Part shown: positions 40,172 to 49,435 of the stretch, piece by piece
Numbering within the stretch: position 1 is the first letter of the stretch
Layout: each line of letters opens with the position of its first letter
Virus record (IMG/VR): IMGVR_UViG_3300031707_004017
Source of the DNA: a virus
Taxonomy: Duplodnaviria; Heunggongvirae; Uroviricota; Caudoviricetes
DNA: 64,000 nucleotides
Strand: one strand, 5' to 3'
Position numbers and translations under genes: made by a program
The notes under the pieces: model-generated
Seen by the model: only the letters and a program-made list of their open reading frames with translations
Databases searched by the model: none
What the model was told of the DNA's origin: nothing

Positions 40172-40582
40172 TTATCCTTTGTTTAAGATAGAATATTCGT
40201 GGTCTTCTATGACTCGCACATAGCCATGTTGTTCGACCATAGTAATGGAGCCTTCGTCCCACACATTTGTGATGCCTGTTGCTTTGAGCGACTCTGAGAC
40301 TCGGAGAGCGTGTTGTTCTTTACACTGTTCTCGATATCGTCGTTGTAATTCTTCGATTGTCAAGTCGCTCGTCGAGTTACAGGGTTGGCCAGGTAAGATT
40401 CCGAGGATCGATCGAGTATCGAGTTGTTTCGTGAGTGGTAATTGATTTTCAAAAATACCAGTAACCCTGCATTTCGGTTCATTTTTGTAATGCACACAAA
40501 CTACATGATCACCCTTTTTTACATGATCACTCTTTTTTAGCTTCATAACATATCTCCTAGATCGTGAACGTGTTCCAGACAT
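40172..40582 (-). CDS. hypothetical protein (136 aa)
   Basis: ORF track. Confidence 0.5.
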   Translation of the reverse strand: MSGTRSRSRRYVMKLKKSDHVKKGDHVVCVHYKNEPKCRVTGIFENQLPLTKQLDTRSILGILPGQPCNSTSDLTIEELQRRYREQCKEQHALRVSESLKATGITNVWDEGSITMVEQHGYVRVIEDHEYSILNKG

Positions 40583-40815
40583 TTTAGAGCGAAAGTTTCA
40601 GTTTCGTCTTTAGTGAGCGAATATTCAGTGCCTTTTTCGTCTTTCACTGACACGATGTCGACGTCTTCGGGTAAGTCAGGTTCCATTTGTAAGCCGAATT
40701 CCCTAGAACCGCGTTCAGCCGGGGTGTAATCAAATTCGATTTCGACATCGATTTCGTGTTCTTCGCCGTCGATATCACGGAGAATGTGACAATTTTTTAA
40801 GAATAATTTTGACAT
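40543..40815 (-). CDS. hypothetical protein (start at MSKLFLKN, SD AAGGAGAAAAC)
   Basis: Internal Met with strong SD inside ORF 40543..40872. Confidence 0.5.
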   Translation of the reverse strand: MSKLFLKNCHILRDIDGEEHEIDVEIEFDYTPAERGSREFGLQMEPDLPEDVDIVSVKDEKGTEYSLTKDETETFALKCLEHVHDLGDML

Positions 40816-40840
40816 GTTTTCTCCTTGATGACCGGTCCAG

Positions 40841-41062
40841 TTAAACTCCGTAGACGCTTTTGTTGTACACATGCGTGTCGCCGAAACTATCGATCGCGTT
40901 GAGATTCCAGACTTTCATTTCATTAAGGGTTTCTTCTTCGATGGGAGAGAGCACATTGTGTTTTTGGCAAGTCTCCAATGCGCGCTGAATAGCCATCAAT
41001 TTGCCGAGGGTCAAGTTCACTGCAAATGCGTTTTTACCTTTTTTCAACCTTGTTAATATCAT
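40841..41062 (-). CDS. hypothetical protein (start at MILTRLKK, SD AAGGAGGAT)
   Basis: Internal Met with strong SD inside ORF 40841..41122; preceded by conserved upstream element. Confidence 0.5.
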   Translation of the reverse strand: MILTRLKKGKNAFAVNLTLGKLMAIQRALETCQKHNVLSPIEEETLNEMKVWNLNAIDSFGDTHVYNKSVYGV

Positions 41063-41094
41063 ATCCTCCTTCTTAGTGATATAATCATGTAAAA

Positions 41095-41215
41095 TGTGCG
41101 TGCGGGCCCAAAATGTGGCCACAACATTTGGCGTAGTTTCTTGAAGTCATAGACTTCTCAGATTAGGGTAAAAAAAGGAAGGTATAAAACCATAGACCGA
41201 TGGGTTTTCTTTAAT
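41095..41215. promoter_or_regulatory. conserved upstream element copy 1 (GTGCG..CAAAATGTGGCC ... TAGACTTCTCAGATTAGG ... GGTATAAAACCAT)
   Basis: Shared blocks with 47797..47975 and 50974..51090; divergent intergenic region. Confidence 0.55.
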
Positions 41216-41346
41216 CTGAAGCCATTCTATAGGTTGACCTAAGCATTTTAATGTCTTTTAAAGTATTAGAAATCAACTACTTAGACGGTCATATTTTGGG
41301 ACGGTTTGTGCATACAGCATGATTATAATATTAACAAGGAGGACCC

Positions 41347-42192
41347 ATGGAGCAGAACCAGATCACATTAACAGTAACCGAATCCGAACGGCAACTTATT
41401 GAGGCCGAACGGAAACGCAAAGAAGCCGAAGCAGCTGAAATGGCTGCCCGGAAAAAAGTTAGTGATGCAAAGAAGATCGAAGCAATAGCCGTGCAAGCTC
41501 GCACCTTCACCGAGCAAAAAGGTCGCGAAAAAATCGCTTATCGGCAAATGTTCGACAATCTCAATTACGAAGCACCGAACTGCTACTCGCTGAAAGTCGA
41601 ACCAAAGACCCGTAAGTTCACCGCCGAGAATTATCGCTGCCAAGAGGATGGTGGTCCGGAAATCCTGGCATCACAGGATGTCGCTTACGAATCTTTCAAC
41701 ATCGTCCACATCGCACATCCCGAATTCGAAATCGTTGTTGAGTTCCACGATGGCGAATGGCGATATCGGATTCATTGCGGCCTCGGCTACCCGACTTCTG
41801 AGAAATTCTACAAGAAAGCTTCGACAGTCGCCGAGAAAATCCATGATCATTTCGAACAGAAGCGCCGGATATCTGACCTCCAAAAGCGGACGCTTTCTTT
41901 GCAAGATCAACTGGTCGAAGTCCTTAAAGCAAAATATCCGGATGCTGCGAAAATCGAAAAAGGTTCACATTGGGAAAGTGGCTATTCTTACCGTCGCGGT
42001 CGTCGATTTCCAGATGGCGGCCACGATGTGCAAGTCGTCATTGTAACTTTTCCCAATAGTTTCAAAGTCATTTACACGCCCGGCACAGATTCTAACGGCC
42101 AACTCAAGGCAAACTTCCGGTCGATGAATCTCGAAGCAATCGACGTAAACGCGATGATCGACTTTTGCAAGACGGCACCGAAAAAAGCATAA
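41347..42192 (+). CDS. hypothetical protein (281 aa)
   Basis: SD AGGAGGA; no family recognised. Confidence 0.65.
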   Translation: MEQNQITLTVTESERQLIEAERKRKEAEAAEMAARKKVSDAKKIEAIAVQARTFTEQKGREKIAYRQMFDNLNYEAPNCYSLKVEPKTRKFTAENYRCQEDGGPEILASQDVAYESFNIVHIAHPEFEIVVEFHDGEWRYRIHCGLGYPTSEKFYKKASTVAEKIHDHFEQKRRISDLQKRTLSLQDQLVEVLKAKYPDAAKIEKGSHWESGYSYRRGRRFPDGGHDVQVVIVTFPNSFKVIYTPGTDSNGQLKANFRSMNLEAIDVNAMIDFCKTAPKKA

Positions 42193-42223
42193 GCATTTTT
42201 TAACTCTCAAAAAGGAGCGAGTC

Positions 42224-42505
42224 ATGAGTAACTTACTGGCGAGGATCAAAGAAACTGCGGTCGAAGTCCTACCCGATTCGGACCGCTACAAAGTACGCTT
42301 CAAAGTCCGCTCACAGTCGTCGAACCAATTGTACTTGGTCTCTTACGACAATGCTCCCGGTGCGCAGTACTGGACGTGTTCGTGCCGCGGAAATATTCGT
42401 CACGGTCAGTGCAAGCATCTGAGTGCTTGCGGGCTCAAGGGTCGCGCTTACGGACGGCAAAGCCTTTCACAGTACATCAACGGAGGAGTTTTGTCACATG
42501 CGTAA
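42224..42505 (+). CDS. SWIM zinc-finger protein
   Basis: YWTCSCRGNIRHGQCKHLSACG = CxC..x..CxH SWIM signature. Confidence 0.6.
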   Translation: MSNLLARIKETAVEVLPDSDRYKVRFKVRSQSSNQLYLVSYDNAPGAQYWTCSCRGNIRHGQCKHLSACGLKGRAYGRQSLSQYINGGVLSHA

Positions 42506-42652
42506 AAACATTTGGACGTCACAATCGCAGTATGGAACTTATCCGGACGAAGCAAAACCCGTCAGTAAATCTACGGCCTACCGGTGGTTCAAAGAAGACA
42601 GGGTGAAAACGCGTCGGTCACAGTCGATGCAAAAAGTGGAGGTCGCAAATTC

Positions 42653-42904
42653 ATGAATGCGCGCCAGATCAAGAAACTCATGTTAAATGAACTGGACATT
42701 CCCAGACACAAGATCGAGTATGTAATCTCTCGTCCAGTCCTCGTCCAGGGTTTATGGGGTTGCTTGGCTGCATACGGCGTCGAACACGATCGAGAAAATC
42801 ATGAATTGCTGGTCGAAATCGTGCAAGACAAGTTAAATGAACCGGATATTGAAAGAGAGTGGAGTGAACTCGAATATGAAACGTTTGTAAAATGGGGGTC
42901 GTAA
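42653..42904 (+). CDS. hypothetical protein (start MNARQIKK, SD GGAGG)
   Basis: Internal Met with SD inside ORF 42584..42904. Confidence 0.45.
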   Translation: MNARQIKKLMLNELDIPRHKIEYVISRPVLVQGLWGCLAAYGVEHDRENHELLVEIVQDKLNEPDIEREWSELEYETFVKWGS

Positions 42905-44025
42905 AAATGCCTAAGAAAAGCTTTTGGACATCGCAATCGCGTTACGGCACTTACGAGGGCGAGAAGGGAAATCCTGGACAATGGTCATCATCATTCGGCT
43001 TCACCTTCGAAAACTCCAACTCGGTGAAATCGATCATGGGAATGACTGCTTATTCGATACTCGACCTCAAACCCTCAGCCAGCGACGATGCCGTGCGCAA
43101 TGCCTTTCGTAAACTAGCAAAACGCTATCATCCCGATAAGGGTGGCAATCGAAACAAGTTTGAAGAAATCACGACTGCTTACGAGACCATTAAAAACATG
43201 CGAGGCACGTCGAACCATACTCGCTCATCGAGGGCCCAAAATATGCACGGCCCGACAGTCCAATCGGAGCTTATTGTCCCACAACTGCTCACTGAGATCG
43301 AAGAGTCTGAATTAGCGACGTATTTATCCGATGATAATTTCGCATGCCAAGAGAAAAAAGACGGCAAGCATTTGACGTTACAGATACTCGACGGCCAATT
43401 TATCGTGCGAAATAAAAAAGGAATCGCATCGAGTTGTATGCCGGAATTTGAACCTGCAATACGGTCAGTCGGCCTTGATTTGCTCATCGATGGCGAACAA
43501 ATCGGTACCACATTTTGGGCGTGGGACGTGCTCGAATATGCAGGACAAGATCTTCGTAGTGAGTCGTATTATTCGAGGTATCTTAAATTGTCTGGAATAA
43601 ATTTCGGACCCGAGATTCAAGTGCTTAAGTTAGTGACAGGGACAGATGCAAAAACTCGATTCTACAACGAGCTAAAAAATGCGAACAAAGAAGGAATCGT
43701 ATTCAAGAAACTAGTGGGGATATTTAGTCCGGGAAAAGGTTTAGACCAATTGAAATTCAAATTTTATACAGAGTGTTCTGTGATAGTAGCTGCAGGTCGT
43801 CCGGGAAAAGCGAGCATCGGAATGGAATTGATTGGTCAAAACGGACGCGAATTCGTGGGATATTGTTCATGTAATCGTCACCCACCGATTGGAAGCGTCG
43901 TAGAAATCAAATATTTGTATGCATATCCGGGCGGTTGCCTTTATCAGTCTAGTTTCAAAGAACCGCGTGATGATGTCTCAGTCGATGAATGTACGATTTC
44001 GCAATTGAAATATAAACCGCTTTGA
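42892..44025 (+). CDS. DnaJ J-domain fused to minimal ATP-dependent ligase-type nucleotidyltransferase
   Basis: J domain YSILDLKPSASDDAVRNAFRKLAKRYHPDKGG (HPD); ligase motifs I KKDGKH, III LLIDGEQ, IIIa FWAWDVL, IV EGIVFKK, V LKFKF. Confidence 0.75.
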   Translation: MGVVKMPKKSFWTSQSRYGTYEGEKGNPGQWSSSFGFTFENSNSVKSIMGMTAYSILDLKPSASDDAVRNAFRKLAKRYHPDKGGNRNKFEEITTAYETIKNMRGTSNHTRSSRAQNMHGPTVQSELIVPQLLTEIEESELATYLSDDNFACQEKKDGKHLTLQILDGQFIVRNKKGIASSCMPEFEPAIRSVGLDLLIDGEQIGTTFWAWDVLEYAGQDLRSESYYSRYLKLSGINFGPEIQVLKLVTGTDAKTRFYNELKNANKEGIVFKKLVGIFSPGKGLDQLKFKFYTECSVIVAAGRPGKASIGMELIGQNGREFVGYCSCNRHPPIGSVVEIKYLYAYPGGCLYQSSFKEPRDDVSVDECTISQLKYKPL

Positions 44026-44056
44026 AAAGAGAATTCTATTATAGAGAAGGTGCAAC

Positions 44057-44272
44057 ATGACTATTGACGAAGCGATAAAGACCGCCAAACGAGAAGTCAA
44101 AGATTTGAATGCTCAAGCTTATTTGCATGGCATTCCCAAGTCGATAGAGTTGTTCGGATTAGAAGGTTTCAAAACTCAAATTTTATATACACTTAGTAAC
44201 ATGGCTTCGTGGCGAGGTGAAACTGCTCGCAAAGTCAAAACTACGATGCGAACTTGGATCAAATCGAATTAA
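44057..44272 (+). CDS. hypothetical protein (71 aa)
   Basis: ORF with SD-like GAGAAGGTG. Confidence 0.45.
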   Translation: MTIDEAIKTAKREVKDLNAQAYLHGIPKSIELFGLEGFKTQILYTLSNMASWRGETARKVKTTMRTWIKSN

Positions 44273-44726
44273 TCGGGAATTAGCTTTCCGTTCTCAGTCT
44301 CGTGGAAACATCCTTCATAATAAGCGTCTAGAAATCGACGCACTTTCCGAGCGACTTTATCGTAAAGCGAGTGTTGGTGTTCAGTCCGTAAAGCCGCAGG
44401 ATTTGAAGCATTGTTGTAAAGTCGAATTGCTTGAAAAAATTTCTTATCGCTCCGGCAAAGTAGATCGAACATAAGCCCTCCCCAAATGTGGCTGTTAATT
44501 CACACCGGAACTGGGTAAACAATTTTTAAGAGATTTCATACTTGGCACGACATTTGACACATATCACACAGTCGCAATAAACGATAAACTTGTGCTGGCA
44601 TGGCACCATAGCGCGGTAGGTGTCTGTTGAGCGAGTACTGCGGACTTCAGAGTTTCCCATGCTTCTTCACCACAATCACCATACACATACGGACATCCTT
44701 TGTTATCAATGTATTCAACTGCTTCT

Positions 44727-45098
44727 TTAATATTCATGGCAACCTCCTATCATAGATTTAATTTGTAGAGAATTCTTTAATGCTTGAATTTCTTGTTCGG
44801 GATTATATATTAATTTTGTTTTGTTACGTAACCATTTAATAATGAGATTATTGAGTTCTTTATCTTTTACAAAACCGTTTTTAGGAATTATGATAGTCGT
44901 GTAACCGACTTCATGTTTTTCAGCTCGACGCAATAGACAAATTAAATCAATCTCGTTAGCTTCACAAAGCTTGAACCATAAGTCGTCTTTTGGGCAACCG
45001 AATTCGTGTTTTAATTCGTGAATGAGACAACGAATAAATTCTTTGAGAAATTTTATCATAATGTTCTTTTGAAAAGAGTAAGAGTTAGAATATAGCAT
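44727..45098 (-). CDS. small HExxH-motif protein (putative Zn metallopeptidase-like)
   Basis: CLIHELKHEFG. Confidence 0.4.
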   Translation of the reverse strand: MLYSNSYSFQKNIMIKFLKEFIRCLIHELKHEFGCPKDDLWFKLCEANEIDLICLLRRAEKHEVGYTTIIIPKNGFVKDKELNNLIIKWLRNKTKLIYNPEQEIQALKNSLQIKSMIGGCHEY

Positions 45099-45157
45099 CT
45101 ACGAATAGGAGGCGTGGACATCTACATTCGCTCTTACTCTTAACTTTTGCACAGTAT

Positions 45158-45535
45158 TTACCGACCTGCCCGAAGTTTACACCAACAATCGTGACACTGT
45201 AACTTACCAGATACTATATCTACATGCTCAATAAAGCCAACAGGTTTGTGACAATCGGTGCAAATTTCGGAATGTGATTGTTGTACAAGCGCTCGAACTG
45301 TTTCCCTCAGTTGCTGCATTTCGTACACTATGGCACCATTGTGTGCCTCCCTTTCAGTGTGAGCGAAGTATTCCGGAAATACTTGGTTTAGTTCATAGTC
45401 TTCGCCAGCAAGGTGATGAATTATAGCCGCGCGGAACTGACCAATCTCATTCCTCTCTTTAGCGTTCTGATCTTTATCCTTTTCTTTACCAAGAAGACTC
45501 AATAATCGTTTTTGCAATTTTCTATTCTCCATCAC
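45158..45535 (-). CDS. hypothetical protein (125 aa)
   Basis: ORF track. Confidence 0.5.
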   Translation of the reverse strand: MMENRKLQKRLLSLLGKEKDKDQNAKERNEIGQFRAAIIHHLAGEDYELNQVFPEYFAHTEREAHNGAIVYEMQQLRETVRALVQQSHSEICTDCHKPVGFIEHVDIVSGKLQCHDCWCKLRAGR

Positions 45536-45579
45536 TTCTTCCTTTGGTGGTCACGATTTGATCAAATACCTTGTCAAGT

Positions 45580-46503
45580 TCATGAATTCATGTCAAAAAG
45601 TGACCGTTGTGCCGGTATTATATTATGTGACAAGTGCGTTTCGGGTTCCGATCCGTCATACTGACTATATGGATTGTTCGCAGAAATGCGAACGACTTTT
45701 CCAGTGGGATTTACTGTACATCCGCGTTGCAATGATGTCACTTTCGTCGATACGACTTTCGTCGGTGCTGCTGCCCAATCAACGTCGTCTTCTTTGGGTT
45801 TGATTTCGCCTTTCCGAATAAATTTGTTTTTTGCTAAATCGAATTCAAGCAGCTCGAATTCATAAATTGTACCGAAGCTCACTTGAGGGAAAAGTCCAAA
45901 ATCGCTTTTGATGTCTAGTGCTTTCTTAAGCAAGCTTTTCGTCGATGCGAAGAATATCATATTGTGGCAATAACCTATTGCTAACGGTCGATTGTCGTCG
46001 GTCCAAAAATAAATCTTCTTTATCGTCTTATTGTAAAGAACTATTGTCGCGCTACCATTCATATTTTTGATGGCATTCTTAATGCCCTGTCGTTGGATAT
46101 ACGAAAGGATAACTTCTGAGTCGACATCTTCGCTCGTATATTTATAATTAGCGATTTTCGGCATGCGGACTGTTCCGTTATGGATTATGATCCAATCTTT
46201 GGATTCAAATGGGTGAGCATTGATGTCTTTTGTTCGACTCTCGGGAGTGGTGTTAGACGAAGCTGCACGATCATGACCTAGCACAAATCGTTCATTAGCG
46301 AGTTCAGCGATGACTCGACCTCGCTTGACGAATTCTGTTGCCGTAATTGCTTCTTTTACGATACCGAGATTGGGTGCGTAATAACCTGTAGCATCGGTCC
46401 CACGAATCTGAGTCTCTATGAGACCTTTTTCGAAGATTTTAACGAGATCAAGATTGGTTTCTGTCTTAATGGTCGGTTTTATCCAACCAAATATTCCACA
46501 CAT
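45580..46503 (-). CDS. class II glutamine amidotransferase (Ntn hydrolase) domain protein, stand-alone
   Basis: MCGIFGW N-terminal Cys nucleophile, RGTDATGY, GHDRAASSNT...NAHPF, IIHNGTV: full GATase-2 motif set; no fused synthetase domain. Confidence 0.8.
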   Translation of the reverse strand: MCGIFGWIKPTIKTETNLDLVKIFEKGLIETQIRGTDATGYYAPNLGIVKEAITATEFVKRGRVIAELANERFVLGHDRAASSNTTPESRTKDINAHPFESKDWIIIHNGTVRMPKIANYKYTSEDVDSEVILSYIQRQGIKNAIKNMNGSATIVLYNKTIKKIYFWTDDNRPLAIGYCHNMIFFASTKSLLKKALDIKSDFGLFPQVSFGTIYEFELLEFDLAKNKFIRKGEIKPKEDDVDWAAAPTKVVSTKVTSLQRGCTVNPTGKVVRISANNPYSQYDGSEPETHLSHNIIPAQRSLFDMNS

Positions 46504-46560
46504 CCGCGCCTCCTATATATTTAATCAAACTATTTTGCATAGATGGACCATTCTCATTGC

Positions 46561-47229
46561 TTATTCTTCAGAGTCACAACGAACTGTTGCAGTCCCGTCC
46601 AACCGTAATTTCATCTGCTTCACAGGATTCGCTGCTCGAATTAGTTTGAGCATTTTCTTTTTATCTGAATTTTCCCAGACTTGTTTCCAATACTTAGGCA
46701 TTGACTTCTTCAACACGTTCATCATCTTTTCCGTTATCGGCTTACCGGTCAAAAACCATTTGGCAAAGCTGCACAAAATGTGACCGTCGTGGCCAGTAAA
46801 ACCGACATTGTTTCGAATCGTCGTCATTTCGGTCTGTTGTTCAGCAATTGTTTGGTGGTTGAAAATAAGCACAAGCGCTTTCGTAATCCACCGGGGATCA
46901 GTGCGGAGCTTTTTCTTAATGAACTCCTTGATTTCATCTTGTTTGATCGTGTGGAAGAGGTCCCAATATTCTTCCCAATCTTTCATGAAATTGAACGCGT
47001 CATCGATATTATCTTGCCATGATGACTGCTCTGATAAAGCGATAAAGTCAGCACCAACACCGTGCTTTTCTTGATATTTCGTCAACGGCATGTTGACCGT
47101 TATACGCGGTTGGTCGAAGACTAATTCCGCCCTTAAAAAGGCCGCATACTGTCTGAGTTCATCGATAGTTTTCATGATAACCAGGTTTCTATGCATTAAG
47201 TACAGATCTCGCGTTTGCATGCCGCTCAA
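46561..47229 (-). CDS. hypothetical protein (222 aa)
   Basis: ORF track. Confidence 0.55.
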   Translation of the reverse strand: MSGMQTRDLYLMHRNLVIMKTIDELRQYAAFLRAELVFDQPRITVNMPLTKYQEKHGVGADFIALSEQSSWQDNIDDAFNFMKDWEEYWDLFHTIKQDEIKEFIKKKLRTDPRWITKALVLIFNHQTIAEQQTEMTTIRNNVGFTGHDGHILCSFAKWFLTGKPITEKMMNVLKKSMPKYWKQVWENSDKKKMLKLIRAANPVKQMKLRLDGTATVRCDSEE

Positions 47230-47554
47230 TATATGACTGTTGACAATTCATTTCTTCGGCGACTTTTTTGTCGTATTCAATCTTGAGAGAAGCCAGTCGG
47301 TTTGGATGGTTCGCGATTTTCTGTGTGCATTCTTCGACTTCTCGCAGCGCTGAATATCTTGAGTCAGCGTAGACCGAGTAGCCGCCGGATGATTGTCCCC
47401 GACTGAGCGGGTCCGGAGGTTCTCTCACCAGCGTAAAATGTGCGCTGGAATATTTGATCCGAATCTCTGCTAGTTGCCGTTTAACAGCTTCTTTGTCCCA
47501 GCTGTAGATGCCGGTGAAGCTGAGTCCTTGTTCGTGTGCCTTTTGTTTTGTCAT
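47189..47554 (-). CDS. hypothetical protein (121 aa)
   Basis: ORF track. Confidence 0.5.
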   Translation of the reverse strand: MTKQKAHEQGLSFTGIYSWDKEAVKRQLAEIRIKYSSAHFTLVREPPDPLSRGQSSGGYSVYADSRYSALREVEECTQKIANHPNRLASLKIEYDKKVAEEMNCQQSYIERHANARSVLNA

Positions 47555-47754
47555 AAGTCACCACTTTCCAAGCAACCGCGCTCGTACAATGACATCGTCT
47601 CTTCAATTTGGGCCTGTTCGTCCAGATTTACATCGGCCAATCGCTGCTCCATCAAGTCCTTTGCCGTATCAAGGACATCGATCTGCTCTGGAGTATAGCA
47701 ATGGTCAAACGACGTTGAACCCTTCCTCGCAAAATCATCGGCTAAATGCATCAT
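47551..47754 (-). CDS. hypothetical protein (67 aa)
   Basis: SD AAGAAGGAGGATAAG before ATG; downstream of conserved element. Confidence 0.45.
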   Translation of the reverse strand: MMHLADDFARKGSTSFDHCYTPEQIDVLDTAKDLMEQRLADVNLDEQAQIEETMSLYERGCLESGDL

Positions 47755-47796
47755 TTTCTTATCCTCCTTCTTAATAATATAATCAAGTAATCTGCA

Positions 47797-47975
47797 TGTG
47801 CGAGCTCAAAATATGACCGTTTAAGTAGTTGATTTCTATAGACTTATAAAACTTACTATTCAAACACATAGAATATCGTCAAACGACAACGGACATATTT
47901 TGAGCAGTCAATGATTTCAGAGCCTTATGAGATTATCTCAGATTAGGTTTATGACAAGAGGTATAAAACCATTAC
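47797..47975. promoter_or_regulatory. conserved upstream element copy 2 (includes AAGTAGTTGATTTCTATAGACTTATA at 47823..47848)
   Basis: 26-nt block identical to 50999..51024; shares GGTATAAAACCAT and TCAGATTAGG with copy 1. Confidence 0.6.
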
Positions 47976-48029
47976 TAAAGATTTTAAACTAATCGGAGTG
48001 CTTTAGATACGTTTTAAATTCGATGGGGG

Positions 48030-48479
48030 TTAAACGGTCTTATTTTGAACTTGCAAGTCAGTACGCTCTTTACGTGCCTTACACCAGTCGCCGCTCACAA
48101 TTCGTTCGTAATGTCCGTTTTGGAAATGTTTTCCACCAATATAAACCCAAACTCGTTTTCCAGATTTCGTCGTCGCTTTCTTCCTTAAAAACAAATCGTT
48201 CGTATGATCGTATCTCAAATGATATCCTTCAAAATGGTCGAGAGTGCCAATGACATGACTGTAAGTAGTCTCATAAACTTCACCAACAACCCGGTCTTTA
48301 TTCGATTGAGAAAAACTGATATAAGGATAAGCCCAGTTAGCACTAAAAAGCTTGCCTCGAATTGAATCATAGCAGATGAATGTTGCGCCGCTTAAAAGAT
48401 TAGAACGACTGTCAGCTTTCCTAAGAGTACCATAAACGAAGATTAAGACTTTGTCATTTTTTTTCATCGAGGACCTCAT
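48030..48479 (-). CDS. gamma-glutamyl cyclotransferase-like (AIG2/GGCT fold) protein
   Basis: VLIFVYGTLRK N-terminal YGTL motif and downstream GEVYE catalytic-Glu context. Confidence 0.65.
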   Translation of the reverse strand: MRSSMKKNDKVLIFVYGTLRKADSRSNLLSGATFICYDSIRGKLFSANWAYPYISFSQSNKDRVVGEVYETTYSHVIGTLDHFEGYHLRYDHTNDLFLRKKATTKSGKRVWVYIGGKHFQNGHYERIVSGDWCKARKERTDLQVQNKTV

Positions 48480-48480
48480 A

Positions 48481-48511
48481 AAAAAGGGCTAAAATATATA
48501 GCCCCTTTTTG
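48481..48511. terminator. hairpin terminator between convergent-orientation minus genes
   Basis: aaaaAGGGCTaaaatatatAGCCCCttttt. Confidence 0.45.
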
Positions 48512-48529
48512 AACACCTTTTCTGGAGAA

Positions 48530-48883
48530 TTAAGCTGCCGCAACTTCTGTCTTGCGAGTCCGCTTTGCCTTGGAAATGTCGCCCATAACATTATTGATGG
48601 CCGCTGTAACAGCAGCCTGCACAGCTACATTGAGTTCTGCGCTTTTGGCGATTGCGGCATCGATGCGCTTGTAGAGCTTTTCCGGAACACGATTGATCTT
48701 TAGGCCTTTGACGGCGAGCTTGACTGCTTTCTTCGTCATCGACCGAGCGCGTTTGAGAGTGCGATTGAGTTTTGCGACTTTGATGACCAGCCGTTTTTTG
48801 GCTTTTTTCGCTTTGGAATGCCGCTTTTTCTTGCGATCGATTTTCAGAGATTTCGGCTTCCGTTCACGTTTTCCTGTTGCCAT
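48530..48883 (-). CDS. highly basic Lys/Arg-rich small protein (117 aa), possible nucleic-acid-binding
   Basis: KRERKPKSLKIDRKKKRHSKAKKAKKR...; contains the segment shared with 27867..28613. Confidence 0.5.
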   Translation of the reverse strand: MATGKRERKPKSLKIDRKKKRHSKAKKAKKRLVIKVAKLNRTLKRARSMTKKAVKLAVKGLKINRVPEKLYKRIDAAIAKSAELNVAVQAAVTAAINNVMGDISKAKRTRKTEVAAA

Positions 48884-48949
48884 TCATACACCTCCTTGAG
48901 TTATAGATTAAAGACAGATTTAAATAGCAGTGAAAGCTCTGTCGTGTGA

Positions 48950-49372
48950 TCAATCACCGCTGGATGCTTCGTCCTGTCGCTGATGAGCCTCTTCACGAGC
49001 GACATCGAGAATACTGAATTTCACCGATGAAGCGCCGATGGCCTTGAAAAACTTCGTCAATTGTTCTTGCACCTTTTTGGTCCCGTTCTTGCCGTGGCGA
49101 ACCGCATGGGACAGAAGGATGTTTGATTGCGCCTTGATGCCGATCCAATTCATACCGATCTTCGACAAGAACTTCGACTTTTCGACCAACTTGAGAGCGG
49201 CAATCGATGGTTCGCTGACATGTATGATGTTGGACGGCGCATGGCGCCACTCGGCCAATCCACGAATCGACAACGTCGAAACATCGACGCGTTTCGTGTC
49301 CGGGAAATTTACGGTACCGGTGAGGTTGAGACCCTCATCATCCGTATTGAATTGAAGCGTTACTTCCTGCAT
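48950..49372 (-). CDS. hypothetical protein (140 aa)
   Basis: ORF track. Confidence 0.5.
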   Translation of the reverse strand: MQEVTLQFNTDDEGLNLTGTVNFPDTKRVDVSTLSIRGLAEWRHAPSNIIHVSEPSIAALKLVEKSKFLSKIGMNWIGIKAQSNILLSHAVRHGKNGTKKVQEQLTKFFKAIGASSVKFSILDVAREEAHQRQDEASSGD

Positions 49373-49435
49373 GTTTGCCTCCTATTGGTTATGTATGTGT
49401 AATCAGTTAATCTGTGATTTTTGGTCCATTTTTTC

